Notes: generated from the sequence alone by a model not told the origin. A stretch of 64,000 nt of DNA from Cyanobacteriota bacterium (GCA_046052125.1 JBJOMY010000003.1:256001-320000); one strand, 5' to 3'. Positions 21,133 to 31,412 are shown, counted from the stretch's first letter. Translations and numbers: made by a program.

Positions 21133-22947
21133 TTACCCGGCAGTGGTGGTCACCGGTTTGCTGGGGGGAATCTTCTCGATCACCAGCAGCGCTTCGATGA
21201 TCTGCTTCGCCACCGGCACGGCCACCGTGGAGCCGTAGGCATTGCCTCCCTTGGGTTCGTCAACCACCACCAGCACCACGTAGCGGGGATCGTTGATCGG
21301 TAGGTGAGCCACGAAGCTGGTGATCCGTGCGCCCGGGATGTACACGCCGTTTTCAGCCTTCTGGGCGGTGCCGGTTTTGCCGCCGATCCGGTGGCCGGGA
21401 ATGTGAACTCCTTTGCCGCTGCCCTTCTCCACCACGGTCTCCATCCAATTGAGAACCGTCTGGGCGATTTCCGGTTTGATCAGCTGCACCCCCGAGGCCG
21501 CTGGTGCCGGTGCCAGGTCGTCACCGGAGCGCAGGCCGCGGGTGATGTGGGGGCTCACCAGCCGGCCGCCGTTGGAGAGCATCGCGTGCAGCTGGATCAG
21601 CTTCAGCGGCGTGAGGTTGAAGCCCTGGCCGAAGGCGGCCGTGGCTGGTTCGATCGGCTGGGTGCGGAAGATCTCCAGGCTCTTGAGCTGACCGGCCACG
21701 GCGCCGGGTAGGTCGGTATCGGGCTGGGTATCGATGCCGAGGGCGTGTAGCCAGTTCCAGAATTTCGCGGGTTTCACCCGCTGCATCGCCTGCACCATCG
21801 CCACGTTGCTCGACACCTGCAGCACCGTGGGGAAATCGATCAGGCCGTTGCCCTTGCGGTCGTGGTTGAAGATCGGCCAACCGCCGATGGTGAGTTGGCC
21901 GGAGTCATTCACCTTGCCGGCCGGGTCGATCGCGTTCTCCTGCAGGGCGATCGCTAGGTTGATCGGTTTGAAGGTGGAGCCCGGTTCGTAGAGGTCCTGC
22001 ACCGACCACTCGCGGAACAGCCCGGGTTTGTACTTCCAGAACTGATTGGGGTCGTAGGTGGGGGTGGAAGCGAGGGCGAGTAGTTCGCCGTTGCGTACAT
22101 CCATCACCAGCGCCACGCCCCGCTTGGCGTTCCATTGCTTCACCTGCTTGCTGAGCGCCATCAGTGCCACCTGCTGCAGGCGGGCGTCGAGGGTGAGCTG
22201 CAGGCGCAGGTCGTCGCCGTAGAGAACCCCCGCCTTCAAGCCATCGGGCAGGGGCGTGCCATCGGCGCCGCGCCGCATCTGGCGGGTGGCTTCATGGCGG
22301 CGTAGATCCTGGTGGCGGCTCTGCTCCAGGCCGGCCTGGGGAACCCGCTCCAGGTTCAGGAAGCCCACCACGTTCGCGAACAGGCTCCCTTGGGGATATA
22401 CGCGTTGGGGGTAGGCCTCGAGGTCGACGCCGCTGATGCCCAGATTGCGCACCCGCTGGGCGGTTTCCGGATCCAGATCGGTGGCCAGCTTTACGCCCGA
22501 TTTGCGGCCGTCCATGGCCCGCACCAGATCCGCCATCGGAACGGCGAGCACGCTCGAGAGCTTGCGGGCCACGTCGAGCGAGCTACGCAGCTTGCCGATG
22601 TCGTCGCCGGGGAAGGCGAAGTAGCGCGGGTGAGCCCAGAGGGTGAAGCGCTCCTCATCGAGGGCCACCAGGCTGCCCTGGCGATCGACGATCGTGCGGC
22701 GGCGCCCTAGCGGGTTGATGGTCTGGGTCTGAACCGCGCGGGCGCGGTTCAGCAGCTCAGGACCCTGCACCACCTGCACCCAGGCCAAACGCAATGCCAG
22801 GCCACTCAGACCAGTGGCCATGAGCAGGTACAACGCCCAGAGGCGCCGGCTGGGCACTGGAGAGAGTTGCAGCACGCGCCTCTGGCGCGGGCTTGCGGCG
22901 TTGTTTCGCGGGGCCGGCCGCCGGCTCTCGAGGCGGTGCACCGCCAT
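21133..22947 (-). CDS. ftsI: Class B penicillin-binding protein (FtsI/PBP3-like)
   Basis: N-terminal TM, R..I.DR.G, R.YP.G, EPGSTFK (SxxK), SSN and GKTGT. Confidence 0.9.
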   Translation of the reverse strand: MAVHRLESRRPAPRNNAASPRQRRVLQLSPVPSRRLWALYLLMATGLSGLALRLAWVQVVQGPELLNRARAVQTQTINPLGRRRTIVDRQGSLVALDEERFTLWAHPRYFAFPGDDIGKLRSSLDVARKLSSVLAVPMADLVRAMDGRKSGVKLATDLDPETAQRVRNLGISGVDLEAYPQRVYPQGSLFANVVGFLNLERVPQAGLEQSRHQDLRRHEATRQMRRGADGTPLPDGLKAGVLYGDDLRLQLTLDARLQQVALMALSKQVKQWNAKRGVALVMDVRNGELLALASTPTYDPNQFWKYKPGLFREWSVQDLYEPGSTFKPINLAIALQENAIDPAGKVNDSGQLTIGGWPIFNHDRKGNGLIDFPTVLQVSSNVAMVQAMQRVKPAKFWNWLHALGIDTQPDTDLPGAVAGQLKSLEIFRTQPIEPATAAFGQGFNLTPLKLIQLHAMLSNGGRLVSPHITRGLRSGDDLAPAPAASGVQLIKPEIAQTVLNWMETVVEKGSGKGVHIPGHRIGGKTGTAQKAENGVYIPGARITSFVAHLPINDPRYVVLVVVDEPKGGNAYGSTVAVPVAKQIIEALLVIEKIPPSKPVTTTAG

Positions 22948-23393
22948 CAGTAGCCCGGCAGGATCTGACGGGGATTCACCTGGGCCAGCAGCGTGTTCAA
23001 GCCTGAAGTGGTGCTGGAGGCGGGGGGCTCCAGATACACCAGCTTTTCGCTGGAGGTGGGCTCCAGCAGCGCCGGCTTGCTGGTCATCGAGAGGTGGTGC
23101 TGCTCAAGCACAGCAGCCGATTCCTGCAGACGGTGCTCCAGCCGTTGGGCCGCCTCCAGTTTCTGAAAGTTCTGGGTCCATTGGCCCTGCCAGTGCAGGG
23201 TGAGACCACTCAGGGCCAGCACAGCCACACCCAAGCCGAGCAGGCCACCATCAGCCATGCGGTGCAGGTTGCCCAGCCAAGGCGACTGCTTATCGGCACG
23301 GCGGGAGGACAGCGATCCCTGAATCAGCTCCAGGGGCCGGGCGCTGGATCGCCGTTGACCCTCCTGGGTCTGTTGCAGCGGTGCGGCGACCAC
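22947..23393 (-). CDS. Single-TM coiled-coil protein upstream of ftsI (FtsL-like by position and topology)
   Basis: Short cytoplasmic N-terminus, one TM and a helical periplasmic segment; its stop overlaps the ftsI ATG. Start GTG 23393 is uncertain. Confidence 0.65.
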   Translation of the reverse strand: MVAAPLQQTQEGQRRSSARPLELIQGSLSSRRADKQSPWLGNLHRMADGGLLGLGVAVLALSGLTLHWQGQWTQNFQKLEAAQRLEHRLQESAAVLEQHHLSMTSKPALLEPTSSEKLVYLEPPASSTTSGLNTLLAQVNPRQILPGY

Positions 23394-23482
23394 GGGTGCG
23401 TCGATGAACTGCGCAAGTGAACCACGCGCTCCGCCCCTCAGCAAGGGGAAGCGTCATGGCTTGAGACTCAAGCGCTGGTCGA

Positions 23483-24892
23483 CTACCAGCCCAGCACCAC
23501 CAGATTGGCGAAGGTGAGGGCGTTCCAGAGGGCGTGCATCAGCACACAGCTGCCCAACCGCCCGCTTTGCAGCCGCAGCCAACCGAGGCCGATCCCCAGT
23601 ATCAGCAGCGGAAGGAGTTCCCCGAGGCTGAGGTGGGCGACGGCAAATACCGCTGCGCTGAGCAGGATGCCGCCAGTGCTCCCGAGCTTGCGGGCTGCCA
23701 CCGGCAGCAGTGCCCCTCGGAAGATCGTTTCCTCAAACAAGGGAGCCAGCACGATCGCCGTGATGCCGAAGCAGGTGAGGGCTGGCACGTTGTGACTGTT
23801 GAGTACCAGTTCCAGCAGGGGGTTGCTGCCGCCGGGATCACCCCAGAGCTGTCCTTGGAGCCAGCCCACCAGGCTCACCAGCGGCAGCACCATCAACAAT
23901 CCCTTCAGGGCCTGGCGCAGGCTGCGGCTCAGGGGCGGCCAGCGGAACTGAAGCGGCATACCTGCAGCGTCCCCCTGGCCCCGCAGCATCAGCGCAAGGA
24001 TCAGAAGCGGGCCGGCCATCAGGGCTAGATAGAGGCACACCACGGTGATGCCCTCCCGCAGCGGGCTGGCGATTGCCAGTTGCTGCAGCACGCCCCCCAC
24101 CAGTGGGGCCACCACAAGGGGTGTCAGCAATTCGCCGATCACTACGAAGCCGCCGGCAATCAGCAGCACCGCATCGAGTCCGCTCAGCAGCGGGCCCTGC
24201 AGCGCTGGCGCTTCGGCGGCCTTGCCCCGCCAGGTCAGCCATAGCTCCCGCAGCAGGGCCGCGATGCCCACCAGCAGCAACACCACCGGAAGCACGGTCA
24301 CCGCCAGCAGCTGCCGGGCGGCCTGCCGGCTGGCGGCTGCGGCGCCGCAGGCCTGATCGCCCAACAGGGCCTCACAGCTCCACTGCCGCAGCAGCCCCCC
24401 CTGCGGGATGGCGGTGATCAGCTGTTGGCGCTCTGCCTGTGGTGTGGTGCTGGCGGGGGCTTGGAGCGCTTGGGCCAGGGCAGCCCAGGTGTCATCTCCC
24501 CTGGCGAGTTGCTGCAGCAGGTCATTCGCTTGCTGCGTTTGCCCCAGATGGCGCAGCAGCAGGGCCTGCTCCAGCTGTAGATCGAGATCAGGGTCGCCGC
24601 CGCTCTCCTGGGCCTGATTCAATTCCGTGCGGATCGCTTCTTGAAGCGTTTTCACCGGGTTGCGTCCTCCCAGCAGCGGCTGAAGTGGGCCGCTCAGCTC
24701 TGGTTCTGCCAACACCGCCAGCTCCAGCTGCCGCCGGTTGAGGTCGTTGCCCACGGAGGGACGGCTGAGGCTGTCGATCAGGCCGTTGAGCCAGAGCAGC
24801 AGGCTGAGGGCGAGGCTCACCAGCGCCAAAGCCGCTTTCCAACCCGGTGCGCCGCCCTCGGGCCTTCCGCCTGGCCTGTTGGCTGCTGTCAC
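23483..24892 (-). CDS. CPBP (Abi/CAAX) family intramembrane metalloprotease
   Basis: APLFEETIFRG, FAVAH and HALWN motifs. Confidence 0.92.
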   Translation of the reverse strand: MTAANRPGGRPEGGAPGWKAALALVSLALSLLLWLNGLIDSLSRPSVGNDLNRRQLELAVLAEPELSGPLQPLLGGRNPVKTLQEAIRTELNQAQESGGDPDLDLQLEQALLLRHLGQTQQANDLLQQLARGDDTWAALAQALQAPASTTPQAERQQLITAIPQGGLLRQWSCEALLGDQACGAAAASRQAARQLLAVTVLPVVLLLVGIAALLRELWLTWRGKAAEAPALQGPLLSGLDAVLLIAGGFVVIGELLTPLVVAPLVGGVLQQLAIASPLREGITVVCLYLALMAGPLLILALMLRGQGDAAGMPLQFRWPPLSRSLRQALKGLLMVLPLVSLVGWLQGQLWGDPGGSNPLLELVLNSHNVPALTCFGITAIVLAPLFEETIFRGALLPVAARKLGSTGGILLSAAVFAVAHLSLGELLPLLILGIGLGWLRLQSGRLGSCVLMHALWNALTFANLVVLGW

Positions 24893-24990
24893 CCTGCGCC
24901 TGCTCCGTGGTGCTGATCAGCGCAGCATCTCACTGCTGCTGTTGTGCTGAAAGCCAACCAATACGATGCCTTTTGCTCCAACGTGCGCCT

Positions 24991-26343
24991 GTGTCTCTCC
25001 GGATCCTGCTGGTTCGCCATGGCCTGAGCAGCTTCAATCTGGAGCACCGCATTCAGGGGCGCGACGACCTCTCCAGCCTCACCGAGGACGGGGTGAAGCA
25101 GGCCCTGGCCACCGGTGAGGCTCTGCGGGATCTGCCCCTCACCGCCGCCTACAGCTCGCCCCTGCGCCGAGCGCACGACACAGCAACGGCGTTGCTGGCC
25201 GCCCATGGCGGCGGCCTTGAGCCCAGCCTGGATGACGACCTGCTGGAGGTGGATCTCGCTCCCTGGAGCGGCTTGCTGAGCAGCGAAGTGCGCGAGCGCT
25301 TCCCCGAAGACCACCGCACCTGGACCTTCCATCCCGAACAGCTGGAGCTGCAACGGGCCGATGGCAGCCGCTACGCCCCGATCCCTGAGCTGATGGCCCA
25401 GGCGCAGCGTTTCGCCGAGCGCCTGTTGCAGCGCCTCGATCCCGCTGCTCCCGGCAGCCAGACCGTGCTGGTGGTGGGCCACAACGCCATCCTGCGTTGC
25501 CTCTTACTCACCCTGCTGGGCCTGCCTGCCTCTGGCTTCAGACGGCTCCGCCTCGATAACGCCTCCCTGTCGGTGCTCAACCTCAGCGCCGATGCCGATG
25601 CGGGCCTATCGGTGCAGATCGAATCGCTCAACGGCACCACGCATCTCCATCCCGAGGTGTGCGGCAGCACCCTCCCCGCCAAGGGCACCGGTCCGCGCCT
25701 GTTGCTGGTGCGGCATGGGGAAACCGACTGGAACCGCCAGGGGCGCTTCCAGGGACAGATCGATATTCCCCTCAACGACAACGGCCGCGCTCAAGCGGCC
25801 GCCGCTGGTGATTACCTGCGCCGGGTGTCGTTCCAGCGGGCCTACACCAGTTCGATGGCCCGGCCCCGCCAGACCGCTGAAGGCATCCTGCAGCACCATC
25901 CCGGTGTGCCGCTCACCAGCTTGAAAGACCTGGTGGAGATCGGCCATGGCCAGTGGGAAGGCTGCCTGGAGTCGGAAATCTCCGCCCAGTGGGGGGCGCT
26001 GCTGGCTGATTGGAAGCGGGCGCCTGAAACGGTGCAGATGCCCGATGGCGAAACCATTCACGATGTGTGGGATCGATCGCTGCGGGGTTGGAACACCATC
26101 GCCTCCAGCCTTCACAGCGATGAAACCGCCCTGGTGGTGGCTCACGACGCCGTGAACAAAACCATCCTGTGCGCCTTGCTCGGACTCAACCCCTCCGATA
26201 TCTGGGCGGTGAAGCAGGGCAACGGTGGAGTCACAGTGATCGATTACCCCCACGGCGCGGATCAGCCACCGGTGGTGGTGTGTCTCAACCAAACGGCCCA
26301 TCTTGGGGGTGTTCTGGATCGCACCGCTGCCGGGGCCCTATGA
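24991..26343 (+). CDS. Two-domain histidine phosphatase (phosphoglycerate mutase family; phosphoserine phosphatase-like)
   Basis: Two tandem domains, each with LVRHG, an S..R..T motif and LVV.H. Confidence 0.92.
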   Translation: MSLRILLVRHGLSSFNLEHRIQGRDDLSSLTEDGVKQALATGEALRDLPLTAAYSSPLRRAHDTATALLAAHGGGLEPSLDDDLLEVDLAPWSGLLSSEVRERFPEDHRTWTFHPEQLELQRADGSRYAPIPELMAQAQRFAERLLQRLDPAAPGSQTVLVVGHNAILRCLLLTLLGLPASGFRRLRLDNASLSVLNLSADADAGLSVQIESLNGTTHLHPEVCGSTLPAKGTGPRLLLVRHGETDWNRQGRFQGQIDIPLNDNGRAQAAAAGDYLRRVSFQRAYTSSMARPRQTAEGILQHHPGVPLTSLKDLVEIGHGQWEGCLESEISAQWGALLADWKRAPETVQMPDGETIHDVWDRSLRGWNTIASSLHSDETALVVAHDAVNKTILCALLGLNPSDIWAVKQGNGGVTVIDYPHGADQPPVVVCLNQTAHLGGVLDRTAAGAL

Positions 26344-27638
26344 CACCAAGCCCGGACCCGCCGCTGTTGCTGCAGCAGGTTCAGCTGCTTGAAGCGGAGG
26401 GTTCAGAGCCGCTGGCCTGCGATGTGCTGATCAGCGAGGGCCGGCTGGCGGCGCTCGGTGCCGCCGCCGCCGAGCGAGCCACGGTCCTTGGCGCCCAGGT
26501 GCTGGATGCCCGGAGCTGGCTGTTGGCGCCATCGCTGGTGGATCCCCATTCCCATCTGGAGGATCCGGCTACCGGCACAGCTGAAACGCTCCACTCCCTG
26601 GAGCGCTCAGCGCTTGCGGCTGGCTATGGAACGGTGGCGCTGCTGCCGCGCGCCCTGAGCTGGCGCGATCGGCCTGAGCGCCTGCAACCCCTGGCACCCA
26701 CCAGCCCTCTGCAGCTGTTGCTCTGGGGCAGCTTCAGCCATGGCGCTGCCGGCCAGGACCTGGCCGCCCATGGCGATCAATTGGCTGCCGGAGCGGTTGG
26801 TTTGGCGGAGGGGGATCAATGCCCTTCCCTGGCGCTGCTGGAGCGGGGCCTCACCCTGGCGGAATGCGGGGCAATGCCAGTGCTGCTGGCCCCCCGCGAC
26901 GCCAGCCTCAGCCAGGGCGGCGTGGTGCGCGATGGCGTGGATGCCCTGCGCGCGGGCTGGCCCACCGATCCCTCGATCAGTGAAACCCTGCCGCTGCAAA
27001 GCCTGCTCGCCATGGCACAACGCCATCCGCAGCGGCGTCTGCAGCTGATGAATCTCTCCACGGCCGAAGGGGTGGCCCTGCTGCGCCAGCTGCCTGCCCA
27101 CCAGCGTCCGGAAAGCACTGTGTGCTGGTGGCACCTGCTGGCGGATAGCGGCAGTCTTGATCCCATCGCCGAGGGTTGGCGGGTGGTTCCGCCCCTGGGC
27201 ACCCCAGCCGATCGCCTGGCCCTGCAGCAGGCTCTGGCCGATGGCATCCTCACGGCCGTGGCCGTGCACCACGAAGCGCTCGATCCGGAGGAGCAGCTCC
27301 TGCCGCTGGATCAGCGCAAGCCCGGCGTGGCGGGCCATCGCTTTGTGCTGCCGTGCCTCTGGCAGGAGCTGGTGGTGCGGCGTGGCTGGAGTGCGGCTGC
27401 CCTCTGGCGTGCCCTCTGTTTTGGGCCAGCCCGGCTGCTGGGCCAGGAGCCTCCTCGGCTCGCGGAGGGTTCGAGCCGCTGGCTGCTGTTTGATCCCGAG
27501 CGCCCGTGGCGGGCGGCTGAGGATCCCTGGGGTCCCAGGGCCGCGAATCAACCTCTCAGTGGCGCCACGCTCACGGGCCAGGTGCTGGCCACGGGCCTCA
27601 GCCCTGGGTTGGGGCGGCTGCCGGTTTCACCGGGCTGA
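26340..27638 (+). CDS. pyrC: Dihydroorotase-like protein (probably catalytically impaired PyrC')
   Basis: Amidohydrolase fold with VDPHSH, GYGTV.L.P and PPLG; later metal and catalytic residues are altered. Confidence 0.8.
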   Translation: MTPSPDPPLLLQQVQLLEAEGSEPLACDVLISEGRLAALGAAAAERATVLGAQVLDARSWLLAPSLVDPHSHLEDPATGTAETLHSLERSALAAGYGTVALLPRALSWRDRPERLQPLAPTSPLQLLLWGSFSHGAAGQDLAAHGDQLAAGAVGLAEGDQCPSLALLERGLTLAECGAMPVLLAPRDASLSQGGVVRDGVDALRAGWPTDPSISETLPLQSLLAMAQRHPQRRLQLMNLSTAEGVALLRQLPAHQRPESTVCWWHLLADSGSLDPIAEGWRVVPPLGTPADRLALQQALADGILTAVAVHHEALDPEEQLLPLDQRKPGVAGHRFVLPCLWQELVVRRGWSAAALWRALCFGPARLLGQEPPRLAEGSSRWLLFDPERPWRAAEDPWGPRAANQPLSGATLTGQVLATGLSPGLGRLPVSPG

Positions 27639-28350
27639 GCGGATCGGTGCTGGTGAGCTCACCGGCGGTGCTGAGGGGCCAGAAGCGCCAGAAGGCGCGG
27701 CCGATGATTTCGCTCTCCGGCAGGAAGGCACCACCGGGCCAGAAGCGGCCGTCCCAGCTGTTGCCACGGTTATCACCGAGCACCAGCACGTGCCCCTTCG
27801 GCACGGTGGCATTGAGGGTGCGGCAGGGACCCATGCCTAGGGCATCCACCGGGCAGTAGTTGCTCACATAGGGCTCCTTGAGGCGCTGGCCATTCACGCT
27901 CACCTCGCCGCGGGGATTGATCACCACCCGATCACCGGCCACGGCCACCACCCGCTTGATGTAAGCGTCGCAGGCGGGTTCCTGCAGGCCCGGCACCAGG
28001 TTCACCAAGGGCAGGTTCACCACCAGGCAGCGCAGCGGTCCGGCCTGATGCGCGGGTTTGAGCACCGGATCGAAATGATGCGGCGCGTGGAATACAACGA
28101 TCTCTCCGCGCTTCGGGGGACGCTGGCGGTAGCTCAGTTTCTCCACCAGCAGCCGATCCTGAATCTGAAGGCCCGGCAGCATGGAGCCCGAGGGGATGTA
28201 GCGGGCCTCGATCACGTATTGCCGTACCCCAAGGGCGACCCCCAGGGTGATCAGGACGCCCCGCCAGAACACCCAGGGGCTCTCTTGTTCGGGCTTGCCC
28301 TGCGGTTGGTTTGATTGCGGCTCGGCGGCGGACGGTTCTGGGCTGGACAA
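27598..28350 (-). CDS. lepB: Signal peptidase I
   Basis: IPSGSM.P.L, DRLLVEK, YIKRVV and GDNR.NS.DGR. Confidence 0.96.
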   Translation of the reverse strand: MSSPEPSAAEPQSNQPQGKPEQESPWVFWRGVLITLGVALGVRQYVIEARYIPSGSMLPGLQIQDRLLVEKLSYRQRPPKRGEIVVFHAPHHFDPVLKPAHQAGPLRCLVVNLPLVNLVPGLQEPACDAYIKRVVAVAGDRVVINPRGEVSVNGQRLKEPYVSNYCPVDALGMGPCRTLNATVPKGHVLVLGDNRGNSWDGRFWPGGAFLPESEIIGRAFWRFWPLSTAGELTSTDPLSPVKPAAAPTQG

Positions 28351-28412
28351 AAGCTGCTGCTGCCGGCGGCGGTTGGAAGTGAGGCAGATTAGGGCCGTTG
28401 CCTCACCGTGAG

Positions 28413-29909
28413 ATGGTTCGTCCGCGTTGGTTGTCGACCCAGAGGGTCACGGCCTCGCGGCTCTGGCAGCACTGGGATCGGGGCGTGGCGCTCTGGGCGA
28501 GCCTGAACCTGGCCCTGGTGCTGTTTGACATCACCTACATCCCCCTGCGCACGTTCTGGTTACAGCGCAATCTCACGCCGCTGCCGCAGGTGCCGCTGGT
28601 GGTGCCGCTCACGCTGCTGCCCGACATCACACCGCTCTATGACCCGGTGAAGGGCATCGAGCCCCATCGCGAGACCCAGTCCTATCTCGAGGCGTTCCGC
28701 CGCCTGGATCAGGCCCTGCTCGCGGCTCCACCATCCGCCTCCACTGCCAGCACCGCCACCGCAGCCCTGCGGCGCCGCCAGGTGGAGATCACTGAGGCGA
28801 TGATCAACGAGAACCCGTTTGCCGCCTCGGGCAACAGCGGCACTCTCGAGAAGATCAAAAACCGCCTGCGGCAGCGCGCCGGTGATGACTCCGCCAAGCA
28901 AGCGGCGCAGCGCCTGCTCAGCGATGCCTGGCTGCAGCAGCACAGCTGGCAGCAGGAGCGGCGCTTCTGGCAGCAACAGGTGCTGCCGCTGGTGGCCACC
29001 AGCTACTGGCGCTCGATTGATGAGAACGGCAGGCCCAGCGATCACTTCTGGCGCCTCGATCTGCTGCTGTTTCAGAGCGTTTTCGCCTTCGACATCCTGC
29101 TGCGGATGCTGCGGCTGCGGCGACGCTTCCCAGGGCTCAGCTGGCGTGATGCGCTGCTGCGGCGATGGATTGATCTGCCGTTGCTCTTGCCTTTCTGGCG
29201 TTGGATGCGCGTGGTGCCCGTGGTGGAGCGCCTCAGCCAGTGCGGCCTGATCAATGTGGAGCCGCTGCGGGCGGCGGTGAGCCGGGCGGTGGTGTCGTTG
29301 CTGGCGCTGGAGCTGTTTGAGGTGCTGGCCCTGCAGCTGGTGGATGGCACCCAGTCGCTGATCCGCTCGCCCCAATGGCCCAGCCGGATCCGCAGTTTGC
29401 GCAGCCATCAGAGCGTGAGCGGGGTGGATGACCAGCAGCTGTTGGATCTGATCCGGCTCTGGGGACCGCTCCTGCTGGGCAAGGTCACCCCGCGTCTGGC
29501 GCCTGAGTTGCAGTCGCTGCTGGGCCATGCCCTGCAGCAGCAACTTCGGGAGGTGCCCGGTGGCGCGATTGTGCCGGTGGGTGTCAGCCGTCAGTTGGCC
29601 GGTGGTGTGGTGGAGAGCCTGTTGGATCTCTCCCGCAGCACCGCCGAGCGGCTGGCCCGTAATGACGATCGCCAGAGCGAACTGATCCAGCAGGCGATCG
29701 ATCGCTTTTGGGAGGAGCTGGCCGCAGCACTGGAGCAGCCCGGCACCCTGGAGCGCAGTCAGGATCTGCTCTGTGCGCTGCTGCAGCAGCTCAAGCTCAA
29801 CTATCTGGCCCAGATGAACAGAGCTGGCATCGACGCGCTGATGGATGAGCTCGATGAGCTCACGGTGCCCATCAGCCCGCCAGAGCCGCCTGCCACTCCT
29901 CCGGTTTGA
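28413..29909 (+). CDS. Hypothetical membrane protein
   Basis: About 500-aa ORF with host-like codon usage, hydrophobic segments in the N-terminal half and a helical C-terminal half. Confidence 0.8.
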   Translation: MVRPRWLSTQRVTASRLWQHWDRGVALWASLNLALVLFDITYIPLRTFWLQRNLTPLPQVPLVVPLTLLPDITPLYDPVKGIEPHRETQSYLEAFRRLDQALLAAPPSASTASTATAALRRRQVEITEAMINENPFAASGNSGTLEKIKNRLRQRAGDDSAKQAAQRLLSDAWLQQHSWQQERRFWQQQVLPLVATSYWRSIDENGRPSDHFWRLDLLLFQSVFAFDILLRMLRLRRRFPGLSWRDALLRRWIDLPLLLPFWRWMRVVPVVERLSQCGLINVEPLRAAVSRAVVSLLALELFEVLALQLVDGTQSLIRSPQWPSRIRSLRSHQSVSGVDDQQLLDLIRLWGPLLLGKVTPRLAPELQSLLGHALQQQLREVPGGAIVPVGVSRQLAGGVVESLLDLSRSTAERLARNDDRQSELIQQAIDRFWEELAAALEQPGTLERSQDLLCALLQQLKLNYLAQMNRAGIDALMDELDELTVPISPPEPPATPPV

Positions 29910-30246
29910 AGCCCACCAGCGGCGTTCCGGAAGCGGTGATGGCAAAAGGCCGTTTGATCAACTTGCCGTCGGCGGCCAGAGCGGCCAACGCGTCCTGATC
30001 GCTCATCGCGGCCACCACGGCGCTGCCCAGGGCTCGATAGCTCTGGCCGCTGGTGTTGAACAGCCGCTTGCGTCCCAGGGCAGTGAAGGCTTGATTCAGT
30101 TCCTCTGGAGTGGGTGGTTGCTCGGTGATGTTCACCAGCTCCAGGTTGCCCCCGTCCACAGAAAAGCCCTGCTGGGCGAGCCATTGCAGGGCTTTACGGC
30201 AGGTGCCGCATTGGGGGTAGCTGTAAATCCGGAGCGCCTGGCTCAC
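29872..30246 (-). CDS. ArsC/Spx family thioredoxin-fold protein
   Basis: YSYPQCGTCRKA, LFNTSG.SYR and LIKRP. Confidence 0.92.
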   Translation of the reverse strand: MSQALRIYSYPQCGTCRKALQWLAQQGFSVDGGNLELVNITEQPPTPEELNQAFTALGRKRLFNTSGQSYRALGSAVVAAMSDQDALAALAADGKLIKRPFAITASGTPLVGFKPEEWQAALAG

Positions 30247-30602
30247 TTGCCGATCAGGCTCTTCAGAGCGCCCACCAGGCTGTTGGAGCCCTTGCCCACA
30301 CCACCTTGGGGACGGGTGCGCACGGTCACATCGCCGTTCACGCTGGTGCGGCAGCTGAGGCGGTAGTTGGCAGGGCGGTCAGCCAGGTACACCTGCTCCA
30401 CATCGCTGCGGGGGGAGAGGTTCTGCATGCCTTCCACCACTTCCACCACGCAGGTGCCGCACTGGCCCACGCCACCGCAGTTGTTGAGGTTGTTGAGGCC
30501 CTTGTAGGGATTGATGCCGGCGTCGATGGCGGCCTTGCGCAGGTTGGCCCCCTCGATGCAACCGACCTGCTGGCCTTCCTGTTCGAAACGGATGGTGGGC
30601 AC
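30243..30602 (-). CDS. 2Fe-2S ferredoxin-like protein
   Basis: NCGGVGQCGTC and RLSC; start GTG 30602. Confidence 0.92.
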   Translation of the reverse strand: MPTIRFEQEGQQVGCIEGANLRKAAIDAGINPYKGLNNLNNCGGVGQCGTCVVEVVEGMQNLSPRSDVEQVYLADRPANYRLSCRTSVNGDVTVRTRPQGGVGKGSNSLVGALKSLIGK

Positions 30603-30755
30603 GGTCGGACGGGGATCTTCGGCGCCGACAAACTTACCTGGCCGGAGACGCTTCTTGATGCCCCTGTTGAGGGCTGACACCAAATCCGTAGGCCTCAATG
30701 GGCGCGATCCGCTCCCGCCACCGCTCTTTAGCATCGGTTCAAAGGCTCGAATCCG

Positions 30756-31412
30756 GTGCAATCAGCAGGCTACGAACGGCTCCAAAGCCAGGTGATTCCC
30801 GGTTACGGCAGCCTGGCGCGCCTTTCGGTGGCCCTGTTGGCGGCCTCCGCCGCTGCTTCAGCCGATGGTGCCGAGGTGTTGGTTGCGGGTTGCGGCACCG
30901 GCGCCGAGCTCCTCGAGGCCACGGCCCAGCGCCCCGATTGGAGCCTCACGGCCCTTGATCCCAGCGCTGAGATGTTGCAAGAGGCCCAGCGCCGCCTAGG
31001 CGGTCAGGGCCGCCTTCAGTGGCAACAGTCCACCGTTGAAGCGCTGGTGGATGCCCCTGGCATGGCGGGTCGCTACGCCGGCGCACTCTCGGTGCTAGTG
31101 CTGCAATCCCTCCCTGATGACGGCAGCAAACTCGCCTTCCTCTCCGCCTTGGCCCGCTGCCTCAAGCCCGGTGCGCAGCTGGTACTGGTCGACCTGATGC
31201 AGACCAGCCTGCCCTCCCTGGAGGGGCAGCTGGATGCGGCCTGGCAGGGTTTTCAGCGTGCCAGTGGACTGGATGCCTCCAGCCAGGAGGGGCTACATCC
31301 GATCGGCCTCGCCCGCCTCACCAGCCTGGTGAATGCCGCCGGCTTTGGTGATCCAGCCCGCGTCTTCCAGGCCCTGGGCTTCGAGGGGTTCCTGCTCCAG
31401 CGCCTCAGCTAG
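30756..31412 (+). CDS. Class I SAM-dependent methyltransferase
   Basis: [22 protein letters not shown] and [11 protein letters not shown]. Confidence 0.9.
   Translation: MQSAGYERLQSQVIPGYGSLARLSVALLAASAAASADGAEVLVAGCGTGAELLEATAQRPDWSLTALDPSAEMLQEAQRRLGGQGRLQWQQSTVEALVDAPGMAGRYAGALSVLVLQSLPDDGSKLAFLSALARCLKPGAQLVLVDLMQTSLPSLEGQLDAAWQGFQRASGLDASSQEGLHPIGLARLTSLVNAAGFGDPARVFQALGFEGFLLQRLS

Noticed and set aside
30603..30755. Possible riboswitch in the ferredoxin leader
   Set aside because: No aptamer consensus was recognised; the region is adequately explained as a divergent promoter gap.
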